Assembly (NCBI GenBank): GCA_016219965.1
Contig: JACRJM010000003.1
Coordinates: forward strand, 130,299 to 194,298
Reading direction: 5' to 3'
DNA: 64,000 bases
Source: Candidatus Schekmanbacteria bacterium
Lineage (GTDB): Bacteria; Schekmanbacteria; GWA2-38-11; J061
In this document: positions 47,433 through 57,013 of the stretch, piece by piece
Layout of the letters: every line of letters begins with the position of its first letter
Position numbering within the stretch: the stretch's first letter is position 1
Notes under the pieces: generated by a model
The model's input: the letters and a program-made list of their open reading frames with translations, nothing else
Databases searched by the model: none
Told to the model about the DNA's origin: nothing
Translations under genes and position numbers: made by a program

Positions 47433-48013
47433 CTTCTCTCCATATCTGCTATAGCTGAATTAATAAGACTTTCAGCGCTTTCGCCGTCAGTTGGATAAGT
47501 AGCAACTCCTATCTTTATGTCTGGCCATTTTTTCTCTTCTGCAATCTTGAGGAGCCTGTCTTTGATAATATTTGCCGAATTGTCTGCAGTTATATGTGAA
47601 AGCACGACTTTGTATCTTCTGTAATCAACCTGCAAAAATTGATCTGATTTCCTTATCTCCTTTTCAACATGCTCAACATTCACAGTTCTGCCCGGGAGGA
47701 AATAATGTATTCCTCTTCCCACAGAGTCTTCAATATCCATTATCATTATGCCTGTCCTGTGACCGTGCCTTTTTGCACGTTCAATCTCAGAGACAAGCAA
47801 ATTCTTTGTCATAGTTTTTTGCGCTGAATAGAAAGTTTCCCTCTGTCTTATCATGAGGAGATAGAGAAGTATTCCAACTACGGCTATTGCGCCAATGGCC
47901 GGCAGTAAAATGATAGCAAATGGGGTATCATTCAAATCATTTTGGGTACAGCTGGATATAATTGCCGGTGTTAATAAGGATAAACCAAAGAAACATTTCG
48001 TTGCTGATTTCAT
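47429..48013 (-). CDS. Membrane-anchored degenerate GGDEF-domain protein
   Basis: N-terminal TM helix. The domain has GGDEF topology (…MIMDIEDS…, …KIGVATYPTDGESAESLINSAIADM…), but the GG[DE]EF active site is replaced by YRRYKV. Confidence 0.5.
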   Translation of the reverse strand: MKSATKCFFGLSLLTPAIISSCTQNDLNDTPFAIILLPAIGAIAVVGILLYLLMIRQRETFYSAQKTMTKNLLVSEIERAKRHGHRTGIMIMDIEDSVGRGIHYFLPGRTVNVEHVEKEIRKSDQFLQVDYRRYKVVLSHITADNSANIIKDRLLKIAEEKKWPDIKIGVATYPTDGESAESLINSAIADMERS

Positions 48014-48028
48014 TGCTTTCCTCCTTTT

Positions 48029-49561
48029 TCAGGAAGCTTTAGCGGTTTTAACTTCTCTTTTCATTGACGCTATAGTTTCAACTATATGGTCCTGTGCAAG
48101 TTTTGCCGCGATTACATCCCTGCAATTGTTTATAATAATGGAAAACACAATCGGTTCTTTTTCATCTGTCATTACATATCCTGATAAAGCTGATGTTCCG
48201 TTTACATATCCTGTCTTTGCACGTATGTGTCTTTTAAGCGGCGATTTTTGAAGGCGTCTGTGTAATGTTCCATCAACTCCCATGATTGGCAAAGAGGCAA
48301 TAAACTCAGGTCCCTGCCCCAAATCTGTATAAAGGTCTTCAAGCACTTTTGTTATAAAATGTGCTGTGAGCCTGTTCTCCTTGGAAAGTCCTGAGCCATC
48401 CTTGATCTTAATTCCCTCACTGTATATCTTGTCCTTTTTAAACAGTTCGATCTCGGTACTGATACTTTTTTCAGCAGTTGCCGGCATTCCCAGGGCCTTG
48501 GCGCCGACTGCTACAAACAGGTGGTCGGCTATGAAATTATTGCTGTACTTGTTCATATCTACTATTATCTGCGACAGAGGTTTAGAGCCGTGCCTGTAAA
48601 CGAGAACAGACTTTTCAGGGATTGTGCCCTCTTTTACTTTCCCTGCAACCTTCACCCCGTCAGACAGAAGTAATTTTCTGAAGCTCTCTCCTGTAAAGAG
48701 ACAGGGGCTATTAACGCGGCTGTAGCCGGTCACAGGAAGTTTACCGTTGAATTTTCCGTTGAAGACTACTTTTTCACCTTTATCATTATTTTTATAGGTT
48801 GTTACCTGTGTAGTATTTTCCTCGGTCGGTTCTCCGGGTTTCACGTTGTTTGAAAGGGAAAGATATGATGAAAACGGATCAGCTGAAATGAAAGGTGAGC
48901 TTCCGTTCGGAGACTTGTTGTAAGGAGACACTGTATATCTGACTGAGTTAAAATTCAGAGGCAGAGCCGAGAGAACAGTCGAATCTGAGGTGCTGCCGAG
49001 TTTTTGCTCTGCTAATGATTTGGCAAGGTAACTGCCGTCTACAACTATATCGCCCTTTACCTCATTGATACCGAGAAGAGAAATCTCTTTTGCCATTATC
49101 CATATGTCTTCAGGATAAAGGACAGGATTCCCAAAGCCTTTGATATAAAGATCCCCGTCAATCTTTCCCCCTGAAGGGGTGGACTGCGAGTAAATATCGG
49201 TATTAAAAGTATATTCAGGGCCAAGTATATCAAGAGCAACAGCGCTTGTTATTATTTTCATGTTTGAAGCAGGAATAAGCAGCAGGTTTTCATTTGCGCT
49301 GTAAATGATTTCGCCTGTCTTTAAAGACTTGATGTAAATGCCATACATTGTATTGCTCAGCAATCCTGATGTGACAACCCGCTTTATCTCATTTTTTATC
49401 CCTTCAGGAGAATAGTCTTTTAATACTGCGGGTGCCGGCTTTGGCTTGGCCTTGGGTTTGGCTTTAAGCCTCTGTGCTGAAGAATCAAAGACGCAGGGAA
49501 GCAGAAGCATCTGAATAATAAAAACAACAATAGTTCTTTTAAATATTTTTTTTATATTCAT
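48029..49561 (-). CDS. dacB: D-alanyl-D-alanine carboxypeptidase/endopeptidase (PBP4, peptidase S13)
   Basis: Signal peptide, active-site PASNMKIIT (SxxK), family-wide similarity. Confidence 0.7.
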   Translation of the reverse strand: MNIKKIFKRTIVVFIIQMLLLPCVFDSSAQRLKAKPKAKPKPAPAVLKDYSPEGIKNEIKRVVTSGLLSNTMYGIYIKSLKTGEIIYSANENLLLIPASNMKIITSAVALDILGPEYTFNTDIYSQSTPSGGKIDGDLYIKGFGNPVLYPEDIWIMAKEISLLGINEVKGDIVVDGSYLAKSLAEQKLGSTSDSTVLSALPLNFNSVRYTVSPYNKSPNGSSPFISADPFSSYLSLSNNVKPGEPTEENTTQVTTYKNNDKGEKVVFNGKFNGKLPVTGYSRVNSPCLFTGESFRKLLLSDGVKVAGKVKEGTIPEKSVLVYRHGSKPLSQIIVDMNKYSNNFIADHLFVAVGAKALGMPATAEKSISTEIELFKKDKIYSEGIKIKDGSGLSKENRLTAHFITKVLEDLYTDLGQGPEFIASLPIMGVDGTLHRRLQKSPLKRHIRAKTGYVNGTSALSGYVMTDEKEPIVFSIIINNCRDVIAAKLAQDHIVETIASMKREVKTAKAS

Positions 49562-49606
49562 TTATTATTCCTGAAAAACTGTATGATGTTTGTTTTGGAC
49601 TGTCGG

Positions 49607-50071
49607 TTATTCATCTTCGCTTTCATCTGGTGCTGTTTCATTTTGAGGCTCTGTTTCACCGCTATCAGGCTCGGCAACCGGTGCTTCATCATTTGAGCCA
49701 GGTTCTGTCAAGGCCGGAGCATTTTCATCTTCTGTTGAACCAGGCTCCTCTGCATTATCCTCTCCCTGTTGATCTGTGCTTTCCCCGTTTTCTTCGCCTT
49801 GTACTTCCGTAGCAGTATCATCAGCATAGTTCTGCGCTATGAGCCTCTTTCCATTGCCTCCCGGCAGGAACACAGCTCCCAATATTAAGAGCAAAACTGC
49901 AAAGAGAGACATAGCCCAAAAAAGATACTTCCCGCGGGAATTGTCTTTTTTATTGCTATCCATTCCATTGAGCTTGAATATCCTGCCGCAGGACGGGCAA
50001 GCTCTGGCATCAGAATCTGCTTTCTCCCCGCAAAACGGACAGTTTTTTAATTCTTTTTTTTTGGATTTCAT
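49607..50071 (-). CDS. Zinc-ribbon membrane protein with acidic C-terminal tail
   Basis: CPFCGEKA…CPSCG zinc ribbon, one TM helix and a D/E-rich tail. Confidence 0.5.
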   Translation of the reverse strand: MKSKKKELKNCPFCGEKADSDARACPSCGRIFKLNGMDSNKKDNSRGKYLFWAMSLFAVLLLILGAVFLPGGNGKRLIAQNYADDTATEVQGEENGESTDQQGEDNAEEPGSTEDENAPALTEPGSNDEAPVAEPDSGETEPQNETAPDESEDE

Positions 50072-50310
50072 TTTTCTGATTTCTTTTCCTTTATTTTTGT
50101 AGAGCGTTCATCAGTTCTTTTCAGTTCATCATCTATAAAACTTTTCATTGCCATAAGAAGTTCTTTTTTTGAATTGCAAAGATGTTTTGCAACGTCTTCA
50201 GGCATCTTTGAAAGCATGGAATCAACCACCATTTCCCCCATCTCACGCAGGCTTTTCCTGTTGTCTTTTTTCTTTTCTTCTTTATCACAGGTATCAGACA
50301 TTTTTTTCAC
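50068..50310 (-). CDS. Hypothetical small charged protein
   Basis: 80-aa ORF. Its 3' end overlaps the downstream zinc-ribbon gene start by 4 nt, a coupled arrangement. Confidence 0.3.
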   Translation of the reverse strand: MKKMSDTCDKEEKKKDNRKSLREMGEMVVDSMLSKMPEDVAKHLCNSKKELLMAMKSFIDDELKRTDERSTKIKEKKSEK

Positions 50311-50328
50311 CTCCTTTTCACTATAGTC

Positions 50329-51993
50329 TCATCTGAAAGGATAATCCCTTCCCATCTCCCTTTCAACTCTTTTTGCATGTCTTGACCTATAGTCAAAGAG
50401 CCTCCTTGCAGGAAGAAGGAAGGTAAGCGTCATCAGCAGAACGGAAAACCCAAGGAACAGGCATAGAACTATGAGATTCCCGTTCCTGATATATATCATT
50501 GAACCTACAACTGCATTTGTCAAAGAAGATATCCCCACAATCACTCTTCTCAGTATATAACCAAGATAACCTTCAATTCTCAAAATATCTACCGGATGAA
50601 GCCTTACCCGGAAAAGCTCTCTTTCCGCCCGCTTTAAAATAGTTTCAAGATTTTCTGTCATTTTATACGTATCTTTCATTTTTTGAAACAGAAAATCTAT
50701 AATGTCAGTTTTTGGTTCGCTCATCGCTTCCCTAAACATCTCTTTCACTATGGGGGTACCGTCCTTAATTCCGTTGAAGGAGGGATCGAATTTCATTCCT
50801 ATCCCTTCTATCATTACAGCAGACTTGAAGAGATATACGAGGTTGGACGGCAGATTGAGAGGGAACTGATAAAAGGTATTGAAGATCTCATTAGTGAGTT
50901 CCTTGATACGTTTTTTGTTTACCTTCTTTTTATCGAATATATCTGTCATCACTGAGATAGCATCCTTCATTACCGAGACATTTATTTCAGGGCCGATTAT
51001 GTTAAGCTTTATAAGCGCATCAACAAGCCCGTCATAGTCCCGTTTTGCCCCTGATATCGCGGCTTTTACGAGTTCCCTTTTGGTCTCATCATCGATTGGC
51101 ACCACCATTCCGAAATCAAGAAGTATTATTTTCCCCTCTTCGTTTACAAGGATATTGCCGGGATGCGGGTCTGCATGGAATATACCGTCCACAAGGACCT
51201 GATGAGAATAAAGCAGGATGAGTTTTTTAATGAGATCCTCTACGCTTATTCCCATTCCCTTAAGAGCTTCCACATCATCAACCTTTACCCCCTTGTAATA
51301 TCTGAGCACCAGCACTTTCCTGGAAGTAAGCGCGGTAAAGATTTCGGGGATTATGATATCAGGGTGTCCCTTGAAGTTTTCGCTGAAAATGGAGATGTTC
51401 TCAGCCTCTTTGCGAAAATCCATCTCTTCTCTTATTATCTTGGAAAATTCGCTGACTACGGTTGAAAGAATGTCAGCCTCATGGGAAGGATAGAAAAAAT
51501 TAAATGCATCTGTAAGCCTCATCATGATGTCTAAATCCATCTCGACAAGTTCTGGTACTCCGGGTTTCAGCACTTTCACTATCACCTCTTCCCCGCTATA
51601 AAGCGCCCTGTGAACCTGCCCGAGCGATGCTGCCGCTATCGCCTCTTTGTCAAAGCGTTCAAAAATATCATCTATCTTTTTTCCAAACTCATTTTCTATG
51701 GCCTCAATTATATATTTGCCGTCTATGGGAGGAACCTGGTCCTGCAGTTTGCTCAACTCCAGCAGATAATGAGGAGGAAGGATGTCCGCCCTGCTGCTTA
51801 GAATCTGTGTAAGCTTTATGAAAGTGGCACCGAGGGATGAGATGGTTTCACGAAGTTCTACAGCCCTTTTCTTGTGTACCTTGTCAGTTACATCCCTTGG
51901 CCTTCCAAACAGTATGAACCTTTTCCTGTCGCGCAGAAGGTCTGTGAGATGCGGGATTAACGCCAATATTACTTTTAGAGTTCGTGAAAACAT
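50329..51993 (-). CDS. ABC1/UbiB-family atypical protein kinase
   Basis: ABC1 kinase motifs (…AAASLGQVHRA…, HADPHPGNILV, …ILLDFGM…) with C-terminal TM helices. Confidence 0.8.
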   Translation of the reverse strand: MFSRTLKVILALIPHLTDLLRDRKRFILFGRPRDVTDKVHKKRAVELRETISSLGATFIKLTQILSSRADILPPHYLLELSKLQDQVPPIDGKYIIEAIENEFGKKIDDIFERFDKEAIAAASLGQVHRALYSGEEVIVKVLKPGVPELVEMDLDIMMRLTDAFNFFYPSHEADILSTVVSEFSKIIREEMDFRKEAENISIFSENFKGHPDIIIPEIFTALTSRKVLVLRYYKGVKVDDVEALKGMGISVEDLIKKLILLYSHQVLVDGIFHADPHPGNILVNEEGKIILLDFGMVVPIDDETKRELVKAAISGAKRDYDGLVDALIKLNIIGPEINVSVMKDAISVMTDIFDKKKVNKKRIKELTNEIFNTFYQFPLNLPSNLVYLFKSAVMIEGIGMKFDPSFNGIKDGTPIVKEMFREAMSEPKTDIIDFLFQKMKDTYKMTENLETILKRAERELFRVRLHPVDILRIEGYLGYILRRVIVGISSLTNAVVGSMIYIRNGNLIVLCLFLGFSVLLMTLTFLLPARRLFDYRSRHAKRVEREMGRDYPFR

Positions 51994-52127
51994 TTGTATT
52001 GTCCCTTTAAAAGCACGTCATTGCGAGGAGCAACTGCAACGAAGAAATCATCAATATATTTAATGATAGCAATATAACCGCGGTGCTTTCAAGAAAAAAG
52101 GGATAGAAGAGAAACTCTGAAGAAATG

Positions 52128-52319
52128 TTAAACTGTGAGCACTGATATGACAATAGCAAGGAGTATGCTGACCCCTACCAGTCCTGAGAATATATATGCC
52201 CCGCTTTTTAAAGCTTCAGGCTTGTCTTCCTTTTCTCCATTAAATGAAAGTATCCCCCATATAACGGAGATACCCAAAACAAGAAACAGGAAGCTTAAAA
52301 TAAATCCAAAACTGTTCAA
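52128..52319 (-). CDS. Small membrane protein (two TM helices)
   Basis: 63-aa hydrophobic ORF. Its start overlaps the upstream gene stop by 4 nt. Confidence 0.3.
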   Translation of the reverse strand: MNSFGFILSFLFLVLGISVIWGILSFNGEKEDKPEALKSGAYIFSGLVGVSILLAIVISVLTV

Positions 52320-52735
52320 CTTTTTTTCCCTTTTACTATGTCGTAGTTATCAAAAATTATGAGTATATTCAAAATGCCTGCCACAAGGATATAAGTGCCG
52401 CCTATTTCATCAAACTCAGGCGGCGCCTGGAAACCTGAAAAAAGAAATACAGAGAGCCAGAACACGAGTCCATTGAAAGCCTCTATGAAAACAGAAAGTA
52501 TCTTTAACGCTCCGAAAAGCTCTGGATTGCTTAGTTCTCCGCGTGGCACAAAATAGGAGCCGAGGAGCATGAATCCGATCAGCGAAAATGTTGTGACTAT
52601 AATAAATGAAATTATTCCCCTGTACTTTTTCCCCAAATAAAGATAACCGCCTCCGGGAATAATAATCCCCGCAAGAAATGCCATCGCTAAATTATTTATG
52701 CCACTCTTTTGTTCCTGCATCTGTTTTGCCTTCAT
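52316..52735 (-). CDS. Hypothetical integral membrane protein
   Basis: 139 aa, about four TM helices; first gene of the minus-strand block. Confidence 0.35.
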   Translation of the reverse strand: MKAKQMQEQKSGINNLAMAFLAGIIIPGGGYLYLGKKYRGIISFIIVTTFSLIGFMLLGSYFVPRGELSNPELFGALKILSVFIEAFNGLVFWLSVFLFSGFQAPPEFDEIGGTYILVAGILNILIIFDNYDIVKGKKS

Positions 52736-52913
52736 GGTTTAAAATACTACGTATAAAAGTTATATTTATTTATCACCTATAACAATAATTAGCAAGTGAC
52801 ATCAAAAGAGGAATTTGTGGGGTTTGGTTAAGAAAAAACTGAACTGGAAGAGAAAAAGTGATAATGTAAAAATTGATAATAATTTTTTTCATTCAATATT
52901 AAAAACATAAAGG

Positions 52914-55037
52914 ATGAGCATGACAATCAACAAACTCAGGGAAGATATTATCAAGGAAATATCCCTTCATAAAAAAAAGTCTGTCCCCCTTTCCGAGCTT
53001 GCAGAAAGTGTTGGATTAAACCGGAAGGACCGCGATTTTAAAGAGCTGTGCAGGGAACTTGAACTCGAGGGGTTTCTTTATCTTGAAGGGGGAACAGCAG
53101 TAAAGCCTTCTGCATGGAACCTCGTGCTAGGGAAAATAAAGATTGGCAGGACGGGTGATGCCAGAGTTGCCCCTAAAGACGATCCATCAAACTCCATATA
53201 TATAGATTCCCGCGATACCGGTGATGCCTTAAACGGCGACATAGTCTTTGTTAAGATAGCTCAGTGGGGAAGAAACAGAAGGCCTGCCGGAAAAGTGGTA
53301 AAGGTTGTCAAAAAAGGTTTCCCCAGAATCGTTGGTGAAGTAGAAAAAAAATCAGGGCGGACTTATGTGATTCCGCTTCCTGACTACCGTATGCCTGATA
53401 TTCATTTATCACCGGTTGATGCAGAGAGTTTAAAAAGAGGAGAGCTTGTTGTAGTAGAGCCGCTCGGATTCAAACAAAAACAGGGGATAATCGAAGCTAA
53501 GCTTCTCAAAGTAATAGGCAAAAAAGGGGAGGATTTCATAGACACCCGCATTGTCGTGGAAAAATACGGACTTCCGGAAGAATTCACCCCTTCCGTCCTT
53601 GAAGAAGCAGACCGCCTCTTTGAGCCATCCGAGGGAAATATAGCCGGGAGAAAAGATTTCAGGAAACTTCGCACTGTCACGGTTGACGGCGAGAAGGCAC
53701 GCGATTTCGATGATGCTATTTCAATCGAAAGATTTAAAGAAGATGGATACCGCCTTTATGTCCATATTGCAGATGTTTCCCACTTTGTAAGGGAAGAGTC
53801 GGCAATTGACCGCGAAGCGCTGCGGCGCGGCACAAGCGTTTATTTTCCCGATTATTGGATCCCCATGCTCCCCATGAGGCTTTCAAGCGGGCTTTGCAGT
53901 TTAAACCCGCATGAAGACAGGCTTACATTGACAGTTGTAATGAATTTTGACCGCATCGGAAACATAGTGAAGTATGAGCTTTTTGAATCTGTCATAAACA
54001 GCAATGAGCGCATGACCTATACAGACCTTCACACACTCCTTGATGGGGATGACCAGTATCTTCAAAAACGTTACAAGGATAATATGGATGATTTCAAGCT
54101 CATGAAAGAGCTTTGCCTGATCCTCAAAGATAAGAGGAATAAAAGAGGAAGCCTTGACTTTGACTTGCCTGAACCTGAATTCGTCCTTGATGCTACGGGT
54201 GACATAGTTGATATAATGGCTGCTGAGCGGAACATTGCGCACAAATTGATCGAGGAGTTCATGATCGCCGCCAACGAAACCGTAGCTTCCCATTTAAATA
54301 AGAATCAGGTCCCTTCAATATACAGGATACACGAAACCCCGGACAGAGACCGTATAAAAGAATTCAATGAATTTTTAAAAGACCTTGATATTGGGATAAA
54401 AGGGGTCGGGAAGATAACTCCAAAGGCATTCCAGACTGTCCTTGATGCAGTGAAGGGGCTGGAGATGGAGCATCTTATCTCAACGGTTCTTCTCCGCTCT
54501 CTAAAACATGCCTCCTATTCCACATCCACTTTGGGACACTTCGGGCTTGCATCAAAATATTACACACATTTTACTTCGCCCATCAGGCGCTATCCTGACC
54601 TTATGGTTCACAGGATTTTGAAAAAATTTCTTAAAGGAGAAAGCGGCCAAACAGGGCGAAAAGCAGCCGGCAAGGCGCTTGACAATATTGCCCTCTCCTG
54701 CTCCGTGACAGAAAAGACTGCTGAGAATGCTGAAAGGGAAGTGCTTGACCTAAAGAAGCTTGAATATCTTAAGAGCCGGATAGGTGATGTGCTTGAAGGA
54801 GTAATAGCAGGTGTTGCTGATTTCGGATTTTTCGTTGAGATCAGCGGATATTATGTTGACGGACTTGTAAGGATGGCATCAATGAAAGATGACTACTATA
54901 TACTTGAGCCAGAAAAACACCGCATAAGAGGAAAACGCCGCGGCAAAATCTTCCGCATCGGCGACAAGGTTAAAGTCGTTCTCGATGATGTTCACCCCGA
55001 CCGCGGAGAGATGGATCTGAGGATGATAGTGGATTAA
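52914..55037 (+). CDS. rnr: Ribonuclease R (RNase II/R family 3'-5' exoribonuclease)
   Basis: Cold-shock/OB N-terminus, RNB catalytic domain (…DFDDAISI…, …IYRIHE…) and a C-terminal S1 domain. Confidence 0.85.
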   Translation: MSMTINKLREDIIKEISLHKKKSVPLSELAESVGLNRKDRDFKELCRELELEGFLYLEGGTAVKPSAWNLVLGKIKIGRTGDARVAPKDDPSNSIYIDSRDTGDALNGDIVFVKIAQWGRNRRPAGKVVKVVKKGFPRIVGEVEKKSGRTYVIPLPDYRMPDIHLSPVDAESLKRGELVVVEPLGFKQKQGIIEAKLLKVIGKKGEDFIDTRIVVEKYGLPEEFTPSVLEEADRLFEPSEGNIAGRKDFRKLRTVTVDGEKARDFDDAISIERFKEDGYRLYVHIADVSHFVREESAIDREALRRGTSVYFPDYWIPMLPMRLSSGLCSLNPHEDRLTLTVVMNFDRIGNIVKYELFESVINSNERMTYTDLHTLLDGDDQYLQKRYKDNMDDFKLMKELCLILKDKRNKRGSLDFDLPEPEFVLDATGDIVDIMAAERNIAHKLIEEFMIAANETVASHLNKNQVPSIYRIHETPDRDRIKEFNEFLKDLDIGIKGVGKITPKAFQTVLDAVKGLEMEHLISTVLLRSLKHASYSTSTLGHFGLASKYYTHFTSPIRRYPDLMVHRILKKFLKGESGQTGRKAAGKALDNIALSCSVTEKTAENAEREVLDLKKLEYLKSRIGDVLEGVIAGVADFGFFVEISGYYVDGLVRMASMKDDYYILEPEKHRIRGKRRGKIFRIGDKVKVVLDDVHPDRGEMDLRMIVD

Positions 55038-55177
55038 ATTTTATTGAAATGCTGTCATTCCGCACTTGATGCGGAATCCAGTTTTGTTCATTATTTCTGG
55101 ATCCCCGCTTTCGCGAGGATGACAAAAAAATGATAACAAAAATTAATGGGCGTTGTCGCTATTTTCCCCACCTTGAA

Positions 55178-55206
55178 TTGACACATCTTCCATGCTTTGG
55201 TAGAGT
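55178..55206 (+). promoter_or_regulatory. Sigma-70-like promoter (TTGACA-N17-TAGAGT)
   Basis: -35 TTGACA at 55178-55183 and -10 TAGAGT at 55201-55206. About 28 nt upstream of the 55234 ATG. Confidence 0.4.
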
Positions 55207-55233
55207 TAGCTCAAGCTAACGGAAGGAAACTAC

Positions 55234-55881
55234 ATGTCCATATTTATACGAAACATTCTTATAGACCTCGATGAAGCACAGGAAAACGTCATGCGCGTTT
55301 CAGCCCACATGAAAGACGTTGTCCATGATATCAGGGTGAGCCTTTTCGTGTCGCTTCCTGATTACACCATAATAGATGTTTCCCTTGAAATGAGGGAAAC
55401 CCCTGAGAAGGCATGCCAGAAGCTTAACGATGTGATAGGGAGTATAAAGGGGATTAAGATCGAAGCAGGGTTTAATACAAAGATCAAAAGGCTTCTCTCA
55501 GGGAAAACAGGGTGTACTAACGTGCTAAGCCTTCTTACAGTTGCCGCTCCTCTTGTCATAAATATATCATGGTTTCTCTACCGCAAAAAAAACAAGATGA
55601 GCGACGAGGAATACCAGAAGATGAAGCGGGCTGACATGATAGACAAATGCATAGCCTTCAGCGAGACGTCAGATGCCGAGGCTGCAAGAACATCGCTTTC
55701 TTCCGGTGAAGAGGCTATTGTGCGTGACTGCGCAAGGTGCTCTTCAGTGACAAAAGGGGACAACATAAAAAAAAGGCTTACCAATAACATTATGTCCCTT
55801 TCAAAGCTCTTTGATATTCCTGAAGCAACCGTTGAAGAACTTATAAAAGATGTGGAGCTTCTGGAGAAAAAAAACGCCTAA
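55234..55881 (+). CDS. DUF2889-like protein
   Basis: IFIRNILIDL…VSLFVSLPDYTIIDVSLEMRETPEKAC…GCTNVLSLL resembles the DUF2889 pattern. This is a family-level guess. Confidence 0.35.
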   Translation: MSIFIRNILIDLDEAQENVMRVSAHMKDVVHDIRVSLFVSLPDYTIIDVSLEMRETPEKACQKLNDVIGSIKGIKIEAGFNTKIKRLLSGKTGCTNVLSLLTVAAPLVINISWFLYRKKNKMSDEEYQKMKRADMIDKCIAFSETSDAEAARTSLSSGEEAIVRDCARCSSVTKGDNIKKRLTNNIMSLSKLFDIPEATVEELIKDVELLEKKNA

Positions 55882-55899
55882 CCTTTTAAGCTGTGTTCT

Positions 55900-57006
55900 A
55901 TGAGCCGTGAAAACTGGATAGCACTTAATCTTATTGCCGGTATCGAAGGGCGTGTTTTCACCTCGCTGATTTCGCATTTTGGTTCTCCTTCGAATGTACT
56001 TGCCGCTTCAAAAGATGAACTCCTTAAGGTAAATGGAATAAGCAGGAAAGAAGCTGATGCAGTAGTTTCCATGAAAGGAGGAGAAAGGCTCGATGCAGAG
56101 CTTGCGGCTATTAACAAAAACAATATAAAGGTAACAACGCTTGAAGATGAGGATTATCCTGCACTTTTAAAGGAAATAGATACGCCTCCTCCGGTCATTT
56201 ATGTAAAAGGCAGCCTGCCATCTCAATTTCTCGGGATTGCCGTAGTGGGAACAAGAAAACCGTCAAGCTACGGTCTTCTAATGGCAGAGAGGCTGGTATC
56301 TGAAATTGCAGGGGCAGGGATAGTAACAGTGAGCGGTATGGCGCGAGGTATTGATACGGCAGCGCACAAGTCTGCCCTTTCCAAAGGAGGATTCACCGTA
56401 GCAGTGCTCGGTTGCGGCGTTGACAGGGTTTACCCGCCGGAGAATAAAAAACTTTATGATGAGATCGCAGATAAGGGAGCAGTTATTTCCGAATTCCCGA
56501 TGGGAACCTTTCCCCATAAAGCCAATTTCCCGAGACGTAACCGCATAATAAGCGGCATGAGCAAGGCTGCCCTTATTATAGAAGCCGGAGAAAAGAGCGG
56601 CACCCTTATCACTGCCCGCTTTGCCCTTGAGCAGGGACGCGATGTTTTAGCTGTACCGGGAAGAGTGACATCTTCAGAGAGCAGGGGAACAAACGACCTC
56701 ATAAGAAAAGGCGCAAGACTTGTTGAGACTTTCAGTGATATCTGTGAAGAGCTTGATCTCAAAATCAAGACAGACAAAAAAAATTCAACGAAAAATACAG
56801 AGAAAAACAATCTGACAACTGTTCCGCAAAACCTCAGCGATGAAGAAAGAAGACTGCTCGGTGTTTTAAGCGATGAACCGCTTCATATAGATAAGATTGT
56901 CCGTAATTCAGGTTTGCCAGCCGGGAAAGCATCATCTATACTTATGAAGCTTGAAATAGAAGGGCTTATCCGGCAAACAGCCGGGAAACTTTTTTTAAGA
57001 TTGTGA
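55900..57006 (+). CDS. dprA: DNA-processing protein DprA (SMF family)
   Basis: Rossmann-like DprA core (GIAVVGTRKPSSYG…SGMARGIDTAAH) plus a C-terminal winged-helix domain. Confidence 0.8.
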   Translation: MSRENWIALNLIAGIEGRVFTSLISHFGSPSNVLAASKDELLKVNGISRKEADAVVSMKGGERLDAELAAINKNNIKVTTLEDEDYPALLKEIDTPPPVIYVKGSLPSQFLGIAVVGTRKPSSYGLLMAERLVSEIAGAGIVTVSGMARGIDTAAHKSALSKGGFTVAVLGCGVDRVYPPENKKLYDEIADKGAVISEFPMGTFPHKANFPRRNRIISGMSKAALIIEAGEKSGTLITARFALEQGRDVLAVPGRVTSSESRGTNDLIRKGARLVETFSDICEELDLKIKTDKKNSTKNTEKNNLTTVPQNLSDEERRLLGVLSDEPLHIDKIVRNSGLPAGKASSILMKLEIEGLIRQTAGKLFLRL

Positions 57007-57013
57007 GGTCGGA

